Below are positions 14,201-28,300 of a DNA stretch of 64,000 nt, in pieces. The notes under the pieces were generated by a model. The model saw nothing but the letters and a program-made list of their open reading frames with translations. It was not told the origin of the DNA and ran no database searches. The stretch lies in the NCBI RefSeq assembly GCF_009914755.1, contig NC_060926.1. One strand, 5' to 3'. Numbering within the stretch: position 1 is the stretch's first letter; the number at the start of each line of letters is the position of its first letter. The stretch comes from the human T2T-CHM13v2.0 reference genome, Homo sapiens. A program made the translations under genes and the position numbers.

Positions 14201-17200
14201 AATGTCAGAAACTTTTTCATGATGTATCTACTCAGCTAACAGAGTTGAACCTTCCTTTGAGAGAGCAGTTTTGAAACACTCTTTTTGTGGAATCTGCAAG
14301 TGGATATTTGTCTAGCTTTGAGGATTTCGTTGGAAACGGGATTACATATAAAAAGCAGACAGCAGCATTCCCAGAAACTTCTTTGTGATGTTTGCATTCA
14401 AGTCACAGAGTTGAACATTCCCTTTCATAGAGCAGGTTTGAAACACTCTTTTTGTAGTATCTGGATGTGGACATTTGGAGCGCTTTCAGGCCTATGGTGA
14501 AAAAGGAAATATCTTCCCCTGAAAACTAGACAGAAGCATTCTCAGAATCTTATTTGTGATGTGCGCCCTCAACTAACAGTGTTGAAGCTTTCTTTTGATA
14601 GAGCAGTTTTGAAACACTCTTTTTGTAAAATCTGCAAGAGGATATTTGGATAGCTTTGAGGATTTCGTTGGAAACGGGATTGTCTTCATATAAACTCTAG
14701 ACAGAAGCATTCTCAGAAGCTTCATTGGGATGTTTCAATTGAAGTCACAGTGTTGAACAGTCCCTTTCATAGAGCAGGTTTGAAACACTCTTTTTGTAGT
14801 ATCTGGAAGTGGACATTTGGAGCGCTCTCAGGACTGCGGTGAAAAAGGAAATATCTTCCAATAAAAGCTACATAGAAGCAATGTCAGAATCTTTTTCATG
14901 ATGTGTCTACTCAGCTAACAGAGTTGAACCTTCCTTTGAGAGAGCAGTTTTGAAACACTCTTTTTGTGGAATCTGCAAGTGGATATTTGTCTAGCTTTGA
15001 GGATTTCGTTGGAAACGGGATTACATATAAAAAGCAGACAGCAGCATTCCCAGAAACTTCTTTGTGATATTTGCATTCAAGTCACAGAGTTGAACATTCC
15101 CTTTCATAGAGCAGGTTTGAAACACTCTTTTTGTAGTATCTGGATGTGGACATTTGGAGCGCTTTCAGGCCTATGGTGAAAACGGAAATATCTTCCCCTG
15201 AAAACTAGACAGAAGCATTCTCAGAATCTTATTTGTGATGTGCGCCCTCAACTAACAGTGTTGAAGCTTTCTTTTGATAGAGCAGTTTTGAAACACTCTT
15301 TTTGTAAAATCTGCAAGAGGATATTTGGATAGCTTTGAGGATTTCGTTGGAAACGGGATTGTCTTCATATAAACTCTAGACAGAAGCATTCTCAGAAGCT
15401 TCATTGGGATGTTTCAATTGAAGTCACAGTGTTGAACAGTCCCTTTCATAGAGCAGGTTTGAAACACTCTTTTTGTAGTATCTGGAAGTGGACATTTGGA
15501 GAGATCTCAGGAATACGGTGATAAAGGAAATATCTTCCAATAAAAGCTAGATAGAAGCAATGTCAGAAACTTTTTCATGATGTATCTACTCAGCTAAAAG
15601 AGTTGAACCTTTCTTTTGAAAGAGCAGTTTTGAAACACTCTTTTTGTGGAATCTGCAAGTGGATATTTGTCTAGCTTTGAGGATTTCGTTGGAAACGGGA
15701 TTACATATAAAAAGCAGACAGCAGCATTCCCAGAAACTTCTTTGAGAAGTTTGCATTCAAGTCACAGAGTTGAACATTCCCTTTCATAGAGCAGGTTTGA
15801 AACACTCTTTTTGTAGTATCTGGATGTGGACATTTGCAGCGCTTTCAGGTCTATGGTGAAAAAGGAAATATCTTCCCCTGAAAACTAGACAGAAGCATTC
15901 TCAGAATCTTATTTGTGATGTGCGCCCTCAACTAACAGTGTTGAAGCTTTCTTTTGATAGAGCAGTTTTGAAACACTCTTTTTGTAAAATCTGCAAGAGG
16001 ATATTTTGATAGCTTTGAGGATTTCGTTGGAAACGGGATTGTCTTCATATAAACTCTAGACAGAAGCATTCTCAGAAGCTTCATTGGGATGTTTCAATTG
16101 AAGTCACAGTGTTGAACAGTCCCTTTCATAGAGCAAGTTTGAAACACTCTTTTTGTAGTATCTGGAAGTGGACATTTGGAGCGCTCTCAGGACTACGGTG
16201 ATAAAGGAAATATCTTCCAATAAAAGCTAGATAGAAGCAATGTCAGAAACTTTTTCATGATGTATCTACTCAGCTAACAGAGTTGAACCTTTCTTTTGAG
16301 AGAGCAGTTTTGAAACACTCTTTTTGTGGAATCTGCAAGTGGATATTTGTCTAGCTTTGAGGATTTCGTTGGAAACGGGATTACATATAAAAACCAGACA
16401 GCAGCATTCCCAGAATCTTCTTTGTGATGTTTGCATTCAAGTCACAGAGTTGAACATTCCCTTTCATAGAGCAGGTTTGAAACACTCTTTTTGTAGTATC
16501 TGGATGTGGACATTTGGAGCGCTTTCAGGCCTATGGTGAAAAAGGAAATATCTTCCCCTGAAAACTAGACAGAAGCATTCTCAGAATCTTATTTGTGATG
16601 TGCGCCCTCAACTAACAGTGTTGAACCTTTCTTTTGATAGAGCAGTTTTGAAACACTCTTTTTGTAAAATCTGCAAGAGGATATTTGGATAGCTTTGAGG
16701 ATTTCGTTGGAAACGGGATTGTCTTCATATAAACTCCAGACAGAAGCATTCTCAGAATCTTCATTGGGATGTTTCAGTTGAAGTCACAGTGTTGAACAGT
16801 CCCTTTCATAGAGCAGGTTTGAAACACTCTTTTTGTAGTATCTGGAAGTGGACTTTTGGAGCGCTCTCAGGACTGCGGTGAAAAAGGAAATATCTTCCAA
16901 TAAAAGCTAGATAGAAGCAATGTCAGAAACTTTTTCATGATGTATCTACTCAGCTAACAGAGTTGAACCTTCCTTTGAGAGAGCAGTTTTGAAACACTCT
17001 TTTTGTGGAATCTGCAAGTGGATATTTGTCTAGCTTTGAGGATTTCGTTGGAAACGGGATTACATATAAAAAGCAGACAGCAGCATTCCCAGAAACTTCT
17101 TTGTGATGTTTGCATTCAAGACACAGAGTTGAACATTCCCTTTCATAGAGCAGGTTTGAAACACTCTTTTTGTAGTATCTGGATGTGGACATTTGGAGCG

Positions 17201-19940
17201 CTTTCAGGCCTATGGTGAAAAAGGGAATATCTTCCCCTGAAAACTAGACAGAAGCATTCTCAGAATCTTATTTGTGATGTGCGCCCTCAACTAACAGTGT
17301 TGAAGCTTTCTTTTGATAGAGCAGTTTTGAAACACTCTTTTTGTAAAATCTGCAAGAGGATATTTGGATAGCTTTGAGGATTTCGTTGGAAACGGGATTG
17401 TCTTCATATAAACTCTAGACAGAAGCATTCTCAGAAGCTTCATTGGGATGTTTCAATTGAAGTCACAGTGTTGACCAGTCCCTTTCATAGAGCAGGTTTG
17501 AAACACTCTTTTTGTAGTATCTGGAAGTGGACATTTGGAGCGCTCTCAGGACTGCGGTGAAAAAGGAAATATCTTCCAATAAAAGCTACATAGAAGCAAT
17601 GTCAGAATCTTTTTCATGATGTGTCTACTCAGCTAACAGAGTTGAACCTTCCTTTGAGAGAGCAGTTTTGAAACACTCTTTTTGTGGAATCTGCAAGTGG
17701 ATATTTGTCTAGCTTTGAGGATTTCGTTGGAAACGGGATTACATATAAAAAGCAGACAGCAGCATTCCCAGAAACTTCTTTGTGATATTTGCATTCAAGT
17801 CACAGAGTTGAACATTCCCTTTCATAGAGCAGGTTTGAAACACTCTTTTTGTAGTATCTGGATGTGGACATTTGGAGCGCTTTCAGTCCTATGGTGAAAA
17901 CGGAAATATCTTCCCCTGAAAACTAGACAGAAGCATTCTCAGAATCTTATTTGTGATGTGCGCCCTCAACTAACAGTGTTGAAGCTTTCTTTTGATAGAG
18001 CAGTTTTGAAACACTCTTTTTGTAAAATCTGCAAGAGGATATTTGGATAGCTTTGAAGATTTCGTTGGAAACGGGATTGTCTTCATATAAACTCTAGACA
18101 GAAGCATTCTCAGAAGCTTCATTGGGATGTTTCAGTTGAAGTCACAGTGTTGAACAGTCCCTTTCATAGAGCAGGTTTGAAACACTCTTTTTGTAGTATC
18201 TGGAAGTGGACATTTGGAGCGCTCTCAGGACTGCGGTGAAAAAGGAAGTATCTTCCAATAAAAGCTACATAGAAGCAATGTCAGAAACTTTTTCGTGAAG
18301 TATCTACTCAGCTAACAGAGTTGAACCTTTCTTTTGAGAGAGCAGTTTTGAAACACTCTTTTTGTGGAATCTGCAAGTGGATATTTGTCTAGCTTTGAGG
18401 ATTTCGTTGGAAACGGGATTACATATAAAAAGCAGACAGCAGCATTCCCAGAAACTTCTTTGTGATGTTTGCATTCAAGTCACACAGTTGAACATTCCCT
18501 TTCATAGAGCAGGTTTGAAACACTCTTTTTGTAGTATCTGGATGTGGACATTTGGAGCGCTTTCAGCCCTATGGTGAAAAAGGAAATATCTTCTCCTGAA
18601 AACTAGACAGAAGCATTCTCAGAATCTTATTTGTGATGTGCGCCCTCAACTAACAGTGTTGAAGCTTTCTTTTGATAGAGCAGTTTTGAAACACTCTTTT
18701 CGTAAAATCTGCAAGAGGATATTTTGATAGCTTTGAGGATTTCGTTGGAAACGGGATTGTCTTCATATAAACTCTAGACAGAAGCATTCTCAGAAGCTTC
18801 ATTGGGATGTTTCAATTGAAGTCACAGTGTTGAACAGTCCCTTTCATAGAGCAGGTTTGAAACACTCTTTTTGTAGTATCTGGAAGTGGACATTTGGAGA
18901 GATCTCAGGAATACGGTGATAAAGGAAATATCTTCCAATAAAAGCTAGATAGAAGCAATGTCAGAAACTTTTTCATGATGTATCTACTCAGCTAAAAGAG
19001 TTGAACCTTTCTTTTGAAAGAGCAGTTTTGAAACACTCTTTTTGTGGAATCTGCAAGTGGATATTTGTCTAGCTTTGAGGATTTCGTTGGAAACGGGATT
19101 ACATATAAAAAGCAGACAGCAGCATTCCCAGAAACTTCTTTGTGATGTTTGCATTCAAGTCACACAGTTGAACATTCCCTTTCATAGAGCAGGTTTGAAA
19201 CACTCTTTTTGTAGTATCTGGATGTGGACATTTGGAGCGCTTTCAGGTCTATGGTGAAAAAGGAAATATCTTCCCCTGAAAACTAGACAGAAGCATTCTC
19301 AGAAACTTATTTGTGATGTGCGCCCTCAACTAACAGTGTTGAACCTTTCTTTTGATAGAGCAGTTTTGAAACACTCTTTTTGTAATATCTGCAAGAGGAT
19401 ATTTGGATAGCTTTGAGGATTTCGTTGGAAACGGGATTGTCTTCATATAAACTCTAGACAGAAGCATTCTCAGAAGCTTCATTGGGATGTTTCAATTGAA
19501 ATCACAGTGTTGAACAGTCCCTTTCATAGAGCAGGTTTGAAACACTCTTTTTGTAGTATCTGGAAGTGGACATTTGGAGAGATCTCAGGAATACGGTGAT
19601 AAAGGAAATATCTTCCAATAAAAGCTAGATAGAAGCAATGTCAGAAACTTTTTCGTGATGTATCTACTCAGCTAACAGAGTTGAACCTTTCTTTTGAGAG
19701 AGCAGTTTTGAAACACTCTTTTTGTGGAATCTGCAAGTGGATATTTGTCTAGCTTTGAGGATTTCGTTGGAAACGGGATTACATATAAAAAGCAGACAGC
19801 AGCATTCCCAGAAACTTCTTTGTGAAGTTTGCATTCAAGTCACAGAGTTGAACATTCCCTTTCATAGAGCAGGTTTGAAACACTCTTTTTGTAGTATCTG
19901 TATGTGGACATTTGGAGCGCTTTCAGGCCTATGGTGAAAA
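2232..19940 (+). repeat. Tandem duplication of a 13-HOR block, period 8,835 bp
   Basis: Private variants recur at +8835: ORF variants 2732/11567, 4092/12927, 8115/16950, 9527/18362, 10887/19722; GCAATAGG 2401/11236; GAAAAC C at 2271/11106. Confidence 0.93.
5450..6128 (+). repeat. Representative single 4-monomer HOR unit (679-bp variant with AACCTTCCTTTGAG 1-bp deletion)
   Basis: Runs between consecutive TTGTGGAATCTGCAAGTGG starts at 5450 and 6129. It contains two CENP-B boxes and two pJalpha-type boxes. Confidence 0.93.
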
Positions 19941-22900
19941 AGGAAATATCTTCCCCTGAAAACTAGACAGAAGCATTCTCAGAATCTTATTTGTGATGTG
20001 CGCCCTCAACTAACAGTGTTGAAGCTTTCTTTTGATAGAGCAGTTTTGAAACACTCTTTTTGTAAAATCTGCAAGAGGATATTTGGATAGCTTTGAGGAT
20101 TTCGTTGGAAACGGGATTGTCTTCATATAAACTCTAGAGAGAAGCATTCTCAGAAGCTTCATTGGGATGTTTCAATTGAAGTCACAGTGTTGAACAGTCC
20201 CTTTCATAGAGCAGGTTTGAAACACTCTTTTTGTAGTATCTGGAAGTGGACATTTGGAGCGCTCTCAGGACTACGGTGAAAAAGGAAGTATCTTCCAATA
20301 AAAGCTAGATAGAAGCAATGTCAGAAACTTTTTCATGATGTATCTACTCAGCTAAAAGAGTTGAACCTTTCTTTTGAGAGAGCAGTTTTGAAACACTCTT
20401 TTTGTGGAATCTGCAAGTGGATATTTGTCTAGCTTTGAGGATTTCGTTGGAAACGGGATTACATATAAAAAGCAGACAGCAGCATTCCCAGAAACTTCTT
20501 TGTGATGTTTGCATTCAAGTCACACAGTTGAACATTCCCTTTCATAGAGCAGGTTTGAAACACTCTTTTTGTAGTATCTGGATGTGGACATTTGGAGCTC
20601 TTTCAGGCCTATCGTGAAAAAGGAAATATCTTCCCCTGAAAAGTAGACAGAAGCATTCTCAGAATCTTATTTGTGATGTGCGCCCTCAACTAACAGTGTT
20701 GAAGCTTTCTTTTGATAGAGCAGTTTTGAAACACTCTTTTTGTAAAATCTGCAAGAGGATATTTGGATAGCTTTGAGGATTTCTTTGGAAACGGGATTGT
20801 CTTCATGTAAACTCTAGACAGAAGCATTCTCAGAAGCTTCATTGGGATGTTTCAATTGAAGTCACAGTGTTGAACAGTCCCTTTCATAGAGCAGGTTTGA
20901 AACACTCTTTTTGTAGTATCTGGATGTGGACATTTGGAGCGCTTTCAGGCCTATGGTGAAAAAGGAAATATCTTCCCCTGAAAACTAGACAGAAGCATTC
21001 TCAGAAACTTATTTGTGATGTGCGCCCTCAACTAACAGTGTTGAAGCTTTCTTTTGATAGAGCAGTTTTGAAACACTCTTTTTGTGGAATCTGCAGGTGG
21101 ACATTTGTCTAGCTTTGAGGATTTCGTTGGAAACGGGATTACATATAAAAAGCAGACAGCAGCATTCCCAGAATCTTCTTTGTGATGTTTGCATTCAAGT
21201 CACAGAGTTGAACATTCCCTTTCATAGAGCAGGTTTGAAACACTCTTTTTGTAGTATCTGGATGTGGACATTTGGAGCGCTTTCAGGCCTATGGTGAAAA
21301 AGGAAATATCTTCTCCTGAAAACTAGACAGAAGCATTCTCAGAATCTTATTTGTGATGTGCACCCTCAACTAACAGTGTTGAAGCTTTCTTTTGATAGAG
21401 CAGTTTTGAAACACTCTTTTTGTAAAATCTGCAAGAGGATATTTGGATAGCTTTGAGGATTTCGTTGGAAACGGGATTGTCTTCATATAAACTCTAGACA
21501 GAAGCATTCTCAGAAGCTTCATTGGGATGTTTCAATTGAAGTCACAGTGTTGAACAGTCCCTTTCATAGAGCAGGTTTGAAACACTCTTTTTGTAGTATC
21601 TGGAAGCGGACATTTGGAGCGCTCTCAGGACTACGGTGAAAAAGGAAGTATCTTCCAATAAAAGCTAGATAGAAGCAATGTCAGAAACTTTTTCATGATG
21701 TATCTACTCAGCAAACAGAGTTGAACCTTTCTTTTGAGAGAGCAGTTTTGAAACACTCTTTTTGTGGAATCTGCAAGTGGATATTTGTCTAGCTTTGAGG
21801 ATTTCGTTGGAAACGGGATTACATATAAAAAGCAGACAGCAGCATTCCCAGAAACTTCTTTGTGATGTTTGCATTCAAGTCACACAGTTGAACATTCCCT
21901 TTCATAGAGCAGGTTTGAAACACTCTTTTTGTAGTATCTGGATGTGGACATTTGGAGCGCTTTCAGGTCTATGGTGAAAAAGGAAATATCTTCCCCTGAA
22001 AACTAGCCAGAAGCATTCTCAGAAACTTATTTGTGATGTGCGCCCTCAACTAACACTGTTGAACCTTTCTTTTGATAGAGCAGTTTTGAAACACTCTTTT
22101 TGTAATATCTGCAAGAGGATATTTGGATAGCTTTGAGGATTTCGTTGGAAACGGGATTGTCTTCATATAAACTCTAGACAGAAGCATTCTCAGAAGCTTC
22201 ATTGGGATGTTTCAATTGAAGTCACAGTGTTGAACAGTCCCTTTCATAGAGCAGGTTTGAAACACTCTTTTTGTTGTATCTGGAAGTGGACATTTGGAGA
22301 GATCTCAGGAATACGGTGATAAAGGAAATATCTTCCAATAAAAGCTAGATAGAAGCAATGTCAGAAACTTTTTCATGATGTATCCACTCAGCTAACAGAG
22401 TTGAACCTTTCTTTTGAGAGAGCAGTTTTGAAACACTCTTTTTGTGGAATCTGCAAGTGGATATTTGTCTAGCTTTGAGGATTTCGTTGGAAACGGGATT
22501 ACATATAAAAAGCAGACAGCAGCATTCCCAGAAACTTCTTTGTGATGTTTGCATTCACGTCACACAGTTGAACATTCCCTTTCATAGAGCAGGTTTGAAA
22601 CACTCTTTTTGTAGTATCTGGATGTGGACATTTGGAGCGCTTTCAGTCCTATGGTGAAAAAGGAAATATCTTCGCCTGAAAACTAGACAGAAGCATTCTC
22701 AGAAACTTATTTGTGATGTGCGCCCTCAACTAACAGTGTTGAACCTTTCTTTTGATAGAGCAGTTTCGAAACACTCTTTTTGTAAAATCTGCAAGAGGAT
22801 ATTTGGATAGCTTTGAGGATTTCGTTGGAAACGGGATTGTCTTCATATAAACTCTAGACAGAAGCATTCTCAGAAGCTTCATTGGGATGTTTCAATTGAA

Positions 22901-24480
22901 GTCACAGTGTTGAACAGTCCCTTTCATAGAGCAGGTTTGAAACACTCTTTTTGTAGTATCTGGAAGTGGACATTTGGAGCGCTCTCAGGACTGCGGTGAA
23001 AAAGGAAATATCTTCCAATAAAAGCTAGATAGAAGCAATGTCAGAAACTTTTTCATGATGTATCTACTCAGCTAACAGAGTTGAACCTTCCTTTGAGAGA
23101 GCAGTTTTGAAACACTCTTTTTGTGGAATCTGCAAGTGGATATTTGTCTAGCTTTGAGGATTTCGTTGGAAACGGGATTACATATAAAAAGCAGACAGCA
23201 GCATTCCCAGAATCTCCTTTGTGATGTTTGCATTCAAGTCACAGAGTTGAACATTCCCTTTCATAGAGCAGGTTTGAAACACTCTTTTTATAGTATCTGG
23301 ATGTGGACATTTGGAGCGCTTTCAGGCCTATGGTGAAAAAGGAAATATCTTCTCCTGAAAACTAGACAGAAGCATTCTCAGAATCTTATTTGTGATGTGC
23401 GCCCTCAACTAACAGTGTTGAAGCTTTCTTTTGATAGAGCAGTTTTGAAACACTCTTTTTGTAAAATCTGCTAGAGGATATTTGTATAGCTTTGAGGATT
23501 TCATTGGAAACGGGATTGTCTTCATATAAACTCTAGACAGAAGCATTCTCAGAAGCTTCATTGGGATGTTTCAATTGAAGTCACAGTGTTGAACAGTCCC
23601 TTTCATAGAGCAGGTTTGAAACACTCTTTTTGTAGTATCTGGAAGTGGACATTTGGAGCGCTCTCAGGACTACGGTGAAAAAGGAAATATCTTCCAATAA
23701 AAGCTACATAGAAGCAATGTCAGAAACTTTTTCATGATGTATCTACTCAGCTAACAGAGTTGAACCTTTCTTTTGAGAGAGCAGTTTTGAAACACTCTTT
23801 TTGTGGAATCTGCAAGTGGATATTTGTCTAGCTTTGAGGATTTCGTTGGAAACGGGATTACATATAAAAAGCAGACAGCAGCATTCCCACAAACTTCTTT
23901 GTGATGTTTGCATTCAAGTCACAGAGTTGAACATTCCCTTTCATAGAGCAGGTTTGAAACACTCTTTTTGTAGTATCTGGATGTGGACATTTGGAGCGCT
24001 TTCAGGCCTATGGTGAAAAAGGAAATATCTTCCCCTGAAAACTAGACAGAAGCATTCTCAGAAACTTATTTGTGATGTGCGCCCTCAACTAACAGTGTTG
24101 AACCTTTCTTTTGATAGAGCAGTTTTGAAACACTCTTTTTGTAAAATCTGCAAGAGGATATTTGGATAGCTTTGAGGATTTCGTTGGAAACGGGATTGTC
24201 TTCATATAAACTCTAGACAGAAGCATTCTCAGAAGCTTCATTGGGATGTTTCAATTGAAGTCACAGTGTTGAACAGTCCCTTTCATAGAGCAGGTTTGAA
24301 ACACTCTTTTTGTAGTATCTGGAAGTGGACATTTGGAGCGCTCTTAGGACTACGGTGAAAAAGGAAGTATCTTCCAATAAAAGCTAGATAGAAGCAATGT
24401 CAGAAACTTTTTCATGGTGTATCTACTCAGCTAACAGAGTTGAACCTTTCTTTTGAGAGAGCAGTTTTGAAACACTCTTT

Positions 24481-24818
24481 TTGTGGAATCTGCAAGTGGA
24501 TATTTGTCTAGCTTTGAGGATTTCGTTGGAAACGGGATTACATATAAAAAGCAGACAGCAGCATTCCCAGAAACTTCTTTGTGATGTTTGCATTCAAGTC
24601 ACAGAGTTGAACATTCCCTTTCATAGAGCAGGTTTGAAACACTCTTTTTGTAGTATCTGGAAGTGGACATTTGGAGAGATCTCAGGAATACGGTGATAAA
24701 GGAAATATCTTCCAATAAAAGCTAGATAGAAGCAATGTCAGAAACTTTTTCATGATGTACCTACTCAGCTAACAGAGTTGAACCTTTCTTTTGAGAGAGC
24801 AGTTTTGAAACACTCTTT
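24481..24818 (+). repeat. Truncated 338-bp (2-monomer) HOR variant, type I (first of 9)
   Basis: HOR starts are only 338 bp apart (24481/24819). The sequence jumps from first-half to last-half diagnostics (GGAAGTGGACATTTGGAGAGATCTCAGG) within the shared CCCTTTCATAGAGCAGG...GTATCTGGA tract. Also at 25499, 27876, 30253, 33309, 35006, 36704, 44857, 57084. Confidence 0.9.
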
Positions 24819-25323
24819 TTGTGGAATCTGCAAGTGGATATTTGTCTAGCTTTGAGGATTTCGTTGGAAACGGGATTACATATAAAAAGCAGACAGCTGC
24901 ATTCCCAGAAACTTCTTTGTGATGTTTGCATTCAAGTCACAGAGTTGAACATTCCCTTTCATAGAGCAGGTTTGAAACACTCTTTTTGTAGTATCTGGAT
25001 GTGGACATTTGGAGCGCTTTCAGGCCTATGGTGAAAAAGGAAATATCTTCCACTGAAAACTAGACAGAAGCATTCTCAGAATCTTATTTGTGATGTGCGC
25101 CCTCAATTAACAGTGTTGAAGCTTTCTTTTGATAGAGCAGTTTTGAAACACTCTTTTTGTAAAATCTGCAAGAGGATATTTGGATAGCTTTGAGGATTTC
25201 GTTGGAAACGGGATTGTCTTCATATAAACTCTAGACAGAAGCATTCTCAGAAGCTTCATTGGGATGTTTCAATTGAAGTCACAGTGTTGAACAGTCCCTT
25301 TCATAGAGCAGGTTTGAAACACT

Positions 25324-28300
25324 GTTTTTGTAGTATCTGGAAGTGGACATTTTGAGAGATCTCAGGAATACGGTGATAAAGGAAATATCTTTCAATAAAA
25401 GCTAGATAGAAGCAATGTCAGAAACTTTTTCATGATGTATCTACTCAGCTAACAGAGTTGAACCTTTCTTTTGAGAGAGCAGTTTTGAAACACTCTTTTT
25501 GTGGAATCTGCAAGTGGATATTTGTCTAGCTTTGAGGATTTCGTTGGAAACGGGATTACATATAAAAAGCAGACAGCAGCATTCCCAGAAACTTCTTTGT
25601 GATGTTTGCATTCAAGTCACAGAGTTGAACATTCCCTTTCATAGAGCATTTTTGAAACACTCTTTTTGTAGTATCTGGAAGTGGACATTTGGAGAGATCT
25701 CAGGAATACGGTGATAAAGGAAATATCTTCCAATAAAAGCTAGATAGAAGCAATGTCAGAAACTTTTTCATGATGTACCTACTCAGCTAACAGAGTTGAA
25801 CCTTTCTTTTGAGAGAGCAGTTTTGAAACACTCTTTTTGTGGAATCTGCAAGTGGATATTTGTCTAGCTTTGAGGATTTCGTTGGAAACGGGATTACATA
25901 TAAAAAGCAGACAGCAGCATTCCCAGAAACTTCTTTGTGATGTTTGCATTCAAGTCACAGAGTTGAACATTCCCTTTCATAGAGCAGGTTTGAAACACTC
26001 TTTTTGTAGTATCTGGATGTGGACATTTGGAGCGCTTTCAGGCCTATGGTGAAAAAGGAAATATCTTCCCCTGAAAACTAGACAGAAGCATTCTCAGAAT
26101 CTTATTTGTGATGTGCGCCCTCAATTAACAGTGTTGAAGCTTTCTTTTGATAGAGCAGTTTTGAAACACTCTTTTTGTAAAATCTGCAAGAGGATATTTG
26201 GATAGCTTTGAGGATTTCGTTGGAAACGGGATTGTCTTCATATAAACTCTAGACAGAAGCATTCTCAGAAGCTTCATTGGGATGTTTCAATTGAAGTCAC
26301 AGTGTTGAACAGTCCCTTTCATAGAGCAGGTTTGAAACACTCTTTTTGTAGTATCTGGATGTGGACATTTGGAGTGCTTTCAGGCCTATGGTTTAAAAGG
26401 AAATATCTTCCCCTGAAAACTGGACAGAAGCATTCTCAGAAACTTATTTGTGATGTGCGCCCTCAACTAACAGTGTTGAAGCATTCTTTTGATAGAGCAG
26501 TTTTGAAACACTCTTTTTGTAGAATCTGCAAGTAGATATTTGTCTAGATTTGAGGATTTCGTTGGAAACGGGATTACATATAAAAAGCAGACAGCAGCAT
26601 TCCCAGAAACTTCTTTGTGATGTTTGCATTCAAGTCACAGAGTTGAACATTCCCTTTCATAGAGCAGGTTTGAAACACTCTTTTTGTAGTATCTGGATGT
26701 GGACATTTGGAGCGCTTTCAGGCCTATGGTAAAAAAGGAAATATCTTCCCCTGAAAACTAGACAGAAGCATTCTCAGAATCTTATTTGTGATGTGCGCCC
26801 TCAACTAACAGTGTTGAAGCTTTCTTTTGATAGAGCAGTTTTGAAACACTCTTTTTGTAAAATCTGCAAGAGGATATTTGGATAGCTTTGAGGATTTCGT
26901 TGGAAACGGGATTGTCTTCATATAAACTCTAGACAGAAGCATTCTCAGAAGCTTCATTGGGATGTTTCAATTGAAGTCACAGTGTTGAACAGTCCCTTTC
27001 ATAGAGCACGTTTGAAACACTCTTTTTGTAGTATCTGGAAGTGGACATTTGGAGCGCTCTCAGGACTGCGGTGAAAAAGGAAATATCTTCCAATAAAAGC
27101 TAGATAGAAGCAATGTCAGAAACTTTTTCATGATGTATCTACTCAGCTAACAGAGTTGAACCTTCCTTTGAGAGAGCAGTTTTGAAACACTCTTTTTGTG
27201 GAATCTGCAAGTGGATATTTGTCTAGCTTTGAGGATTTCGTTGGAAACGGGATTACATATAAAAAGCAGACAGCAGCATTCCCAGAAACTTCTTTGTGAT
27301 GTTTGCATTCAAGTCACAGAGTTGAACATTCCCTTTCATAGAGCAGGTTTGAAACACTCTTTTTGTAGTATCTGGATGTGGACATTTGGAGCGCTTTCAG
27401 GCCTATGGTGAAAAAGGAAATATCTTCCCCTGAAAACTAGACAGAAGCATTCTCAGAAACTTATTTGTGATGTGCGCCCTCAACTAACAGTGTTGAACCT
27501 TTCTTTTGATAGAGCAGTTTTGAAACACTCTTTTTGTAAAATCTGCAAGAGGATATTTGGATAGCTTTGAGGATTTCGTTGGAAACGGGATTGTCTTCAT
27601 ATAAACTCTAGACAGAAGCATTCTCAGAAGCTTCATTGGGATGTTTCAATTGAAGTCACAGTGTTGAACAGTCCCTTTCATAGAGCAGGTTTGAAACACT
27701 GTTTTTGTAGTATCTGGAAGTGGACATTTTGAGAGATCTCAGGAATACGGTGATAAAGGAAATATCTTCCAATAAAAGCTAGATAGAAGCAATGTCAGAA
27801 ACTTTTTCATGATGTATCTACTCAGCTAACAGAGTTGAACCTTTCTTTTGAGAGAGCAGTTTTGAAACACTCTTTTTGTGGAATCTGCAAGTGGATATTT
27901 GTCTAGCTTTGAGGATTTCGTTGGAAACGGGATTACATATAAAAAGCAGACAGCAGCATTCCCAGAAACTTCTTTGTGATGTTTGCATTCAAGTCACAGA
28001 GTTGAACATTCCCTTTCATAGAGCAGGTTTGAAACACTCTTTTTGTAGTATCTGGAAGTGGACATTTGGAGAGATCTCAGGAATACGGTGATAAAGGAAA
28101 TATCTTCCAATAAAAGCTAGATAGAAGCAATGTCAGAAACTTTTTCATGATGTACCTACTCAGCTAACAGAGTTGAACCTTTCTTTTGAGAGAGCAGTTT
28201 TGAAACACTCTTTTTGTGGAATCTGCAAGTGGATATTTGTCTAGATTTGAGGATTTCGTTGGAAACGGGATTACATATAAAAAGCAGACAGCTGCATTCC

